Positions 59,075 through 64,000 of a DNA stretch of 64,000 nt are shown piece after piece (position 1 is the first letter of the stretch; the number at the start of each line of letters is the position of its first letter). The notes under the pieces are model-generated. The model made no database searches. It was not told the origin of the DNA and saw nothing but the letters and a program-made list of their open reading frames with translations. A program made the position numbers and the translations under genes. Source of the DNA: the human T2T-CHM13v2.0 reference genome, Homo sapiens; assembly GCF_009914755.1 (NCBI RefSeq), contig NC_060940.1; one strand, written 5' to 3'.

Positions 59075-59480
59075 GAAAGCAGACAATGCTGCAAATCAGG
59101 GTTTGATGTACTGTTTTTTCTATTGTAAGAAAGGCGTGGAAAACATGAACACTGCAGATGAAACTAACAAGCGGGTCATGCCTGTAGCTATTCTATTGTG
59201 ACGAGTACAGCAAATTGAAGAAATATCCTTCCAGTATTTAAAACTACCATCTGATTCAGGAAGGAGGTCGCTCACATCAGAGGCAAATGAAGTTCCAGTT
59301 CTAACATAGGTCTTTGTTAATTTCACTTTCATCTCACTTATGTCAGAACTACACTTCTCCATCAATTGCAACCATAGGTTGGCTATGGGTGTAAGAGTTT
59401 GCAAAAATCAGTGCAAGTATTGTGTGAGAGTTGATGATATGAAATTTACTTTTCATTGTTATTTGTAAACCATATACCAC
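59075..59480 (-). mobile_element. hAT (Tip100-like) transposon fossil with a degenerate dimerisation-domain remnant
   Basis: ORF 59120..59404 contains TLTPIA...MKVKLTKTYVRT and another frame gives LQFAVLVTIE, resembling the hAT C-terminal motif LT.PV....ERSFSKLKLIKTYLRST...RL..LA.L.IE. Judged by eye only. Confidence 0.45.
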
Positions 59481-59884
59481 ATATTATTTTTTCTTGTTTT
59501 TTTTTTTGAGACAGGGTCTTGATCTTTTGCCCAGGCTGGAGTGCAGTGGCTCCATCATAGCTCACGGAAGCCTCAAACTCCTGTAGTGTATGGTTTTTAT
59601 CCTCCCGCCTCACTCTCCCAAGTAGCTGGGACTACAGGCAGGTGCACCACACCAGGCTAATTTGTTTTTTTGGGGGTGGGGGGTTTGTAGAGATGGAGTT
59701 TTGCTATGTTGCCCAGGCTGGTCTGAAACTCCTGGACTCAAGCAATCCTCCTGCCTTGGCCTCCAAAAGTGCTGGGGTTACAGGTGTGAGCCACCATGCC
59801 CAGCCTACTTATTCTTTAAATTAGCAAAATTTAATATATTTACATATATGTGGGCACACATTTCCTTCCCACCTCCAAGAGTCA

Positions 59885-60383
<499 letters not shown>

Positions 60384-60723
60384 TCACCATCATGAAACAA
60401 AAACTGGTGGGCGACGCCCTGCCCACATGTCAAATGATGTAATCTGACTGAACCATAAGAAACTGCCAATATTCTACCATTTATGACCTTCCAAAATAGC
60501 AGTTTCATGAGGTTCCACCCATTATGCAGGAGGCCAGTCACTACAGCAATTTTTGTGATATCAAAAGAATACAGCCAACCCAAGTGTCCATCAATAGCTC
60601 ACAGGTATGCCCCACACATATAACAGAACATTATGCAGCTGTCAAAAAGAATCGGGGAGCTGGCTGGGCATGGTGGCTTATACCTGTAATCCAGCACTTT
60701 GGGAGGCTGAGGAAGGCAGATCA

Positions 60724-61074
<351 letters not shown>

Positions 61075-61414
61075 TCAAAAAAAAAAAAGTAGCCGGGTTT
61101 GGTGGCAGGCACCTGTAATCCCAGCTACTCAGGAGGCTTAGGCAGGAGAATTGCTTGAACCGGGTGGTGGAGGTTGCAGTGAGCTGAGATTGTACCATTG
61201 CACTCCAGCCTGGGTGACAGAGCGAGATTCTGTCTCAAATTAAAAAAAAAAAAAAAGAATCAGGAAGCTATCTCTATACCACTGAGGTAAAATGTCCACA
61301 GGACACTGTCAAGTGAAAAACACTAGGTTCAGGAGTGTGTGTGTAGGATGCTAACTTTGGAGGAAAAAGCAGGGTGAAAATAGGAGCCTATTTCATATTT
61401 GTATATGGAAACCG

Positions 61415-62145
<731 letters not shown>

Positions 62146-62241
62146 TCTGGAATTACATATAAGTAACTAATAATGATGGCTACCTATTATTCAAAGAATG
62201 AGAGGATGTGGGGAAGGTGGAAGGCAGATTTTTCACTGTAA

Positions 62242-62451
<210 letters not shown>

Positions 62452-62683
62452 TAGTTGTGAACTCCTAACCTGAGGTGATCCACCCGCCTCCATCTCCCAA
62501 AGTGCTGGGATTACAGGTGTGAGCCACTGCACCCATCGTTAAGCTTTTTATATTTAAAAATTAAAAAAAAAAACTTCTTTGGTCGGGCATGGTGGCTCAG
62601 GCCTATAGTCCGAGCTACTCAGGAGGCTGAGGCAGGAGGATCGCTTGAACCCAGGAGGTCAAGGCTACAGTGAGCTACAGTCA

Positions 62684-63056
<373 letters not shown>

Positions 63057-63210
63057 TCACATGAATGTAATTACCAATTCAAAAAGCTAAATAAATAAAG
63101 GACTTTGGAGTATCTTCCCACCCTCGAGTCTGAGATCCATTCACCCACTGGGCCACAGCCAAACCAACCCGTCAAGGAGAGCTGATGTCCTGCACCCACA
63201 ATGAGCCTAG

Positions 63211-63783
<573 letters not shown>

Positions 63784-64000
63784 TAGAGGCGGGGTTTCAC
63801 CATGTCGGCCAGGCTGGTCTCGATCTCCTGGCCTCATGTGATCCACCCGCCTCAACCTCCCAAAGTGCTGAGATTACAGGTTTAAGCCACCACTCTGGCC
63901 TGAGGTAGGTATCCCTTCATCTGTTCATTCTACGAATCTCTACCAAGCATCTACTCAGTGCCAGGCCCCAGCCACTAGGGATACACACAGAACTGATGAG

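Noticed and set aside
59061-59075. acttacctgg as a U1 snRNA pseudogene 5' end
   Set aside because: Similarity ends after ~10 nt; better read as a minus-strand 5' splice site.

Overview
Primate genomic DNA, recognised from the translations as human chr16p12.2 shown reverse-complemented, very rich in Alu, L1, MIR and LTR repeats. Two Pol II genes lie in tandem on the minus strand. (1) The last three coding exons and ~4.7-kb 3'UTR of EEF2K (57586 to ~42470). (2) POLR3E (RPC5/C37 subunit of RNA polymerase III) exons 1-19, which splice into 648 uninterrupted codons; the C-terminal exons lie beyond position 1. The POLR3E CpG-island promoter sits between two Pol III units: a tRNA-Leu(AAG) gene ~190 bp upstream in the same orientation, and an antisense MIR in intron 1 with intact A and B boxes. 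This layout lets Pol III activity feed back on one of its own subunit genes; to my knowledge the MIR interference part is already described. Further sequence-level candidates: a TISU/YY1-embedded 4-codon uORF in POLR3E exon 1; a 108-nt POLR3E exon that regenerates a stronger 5' splice site after splicing; a YAG|GTAAGT ratchet or poison site in an EEF2K intron next to a hAT transposase fossil; an RFX X-box overlapping the EEF2K exon 17 branch point; two CTCF motifs; inverted Alus in the EEF2K 3'UTR and around exon 17; a 3'-truncated U6 retrocopy; a MER41-family solo LTR. Exon numbers follow my recollection of the reference gene models. Repeat boundaries and subfamilies are approximate, assigned by eye.
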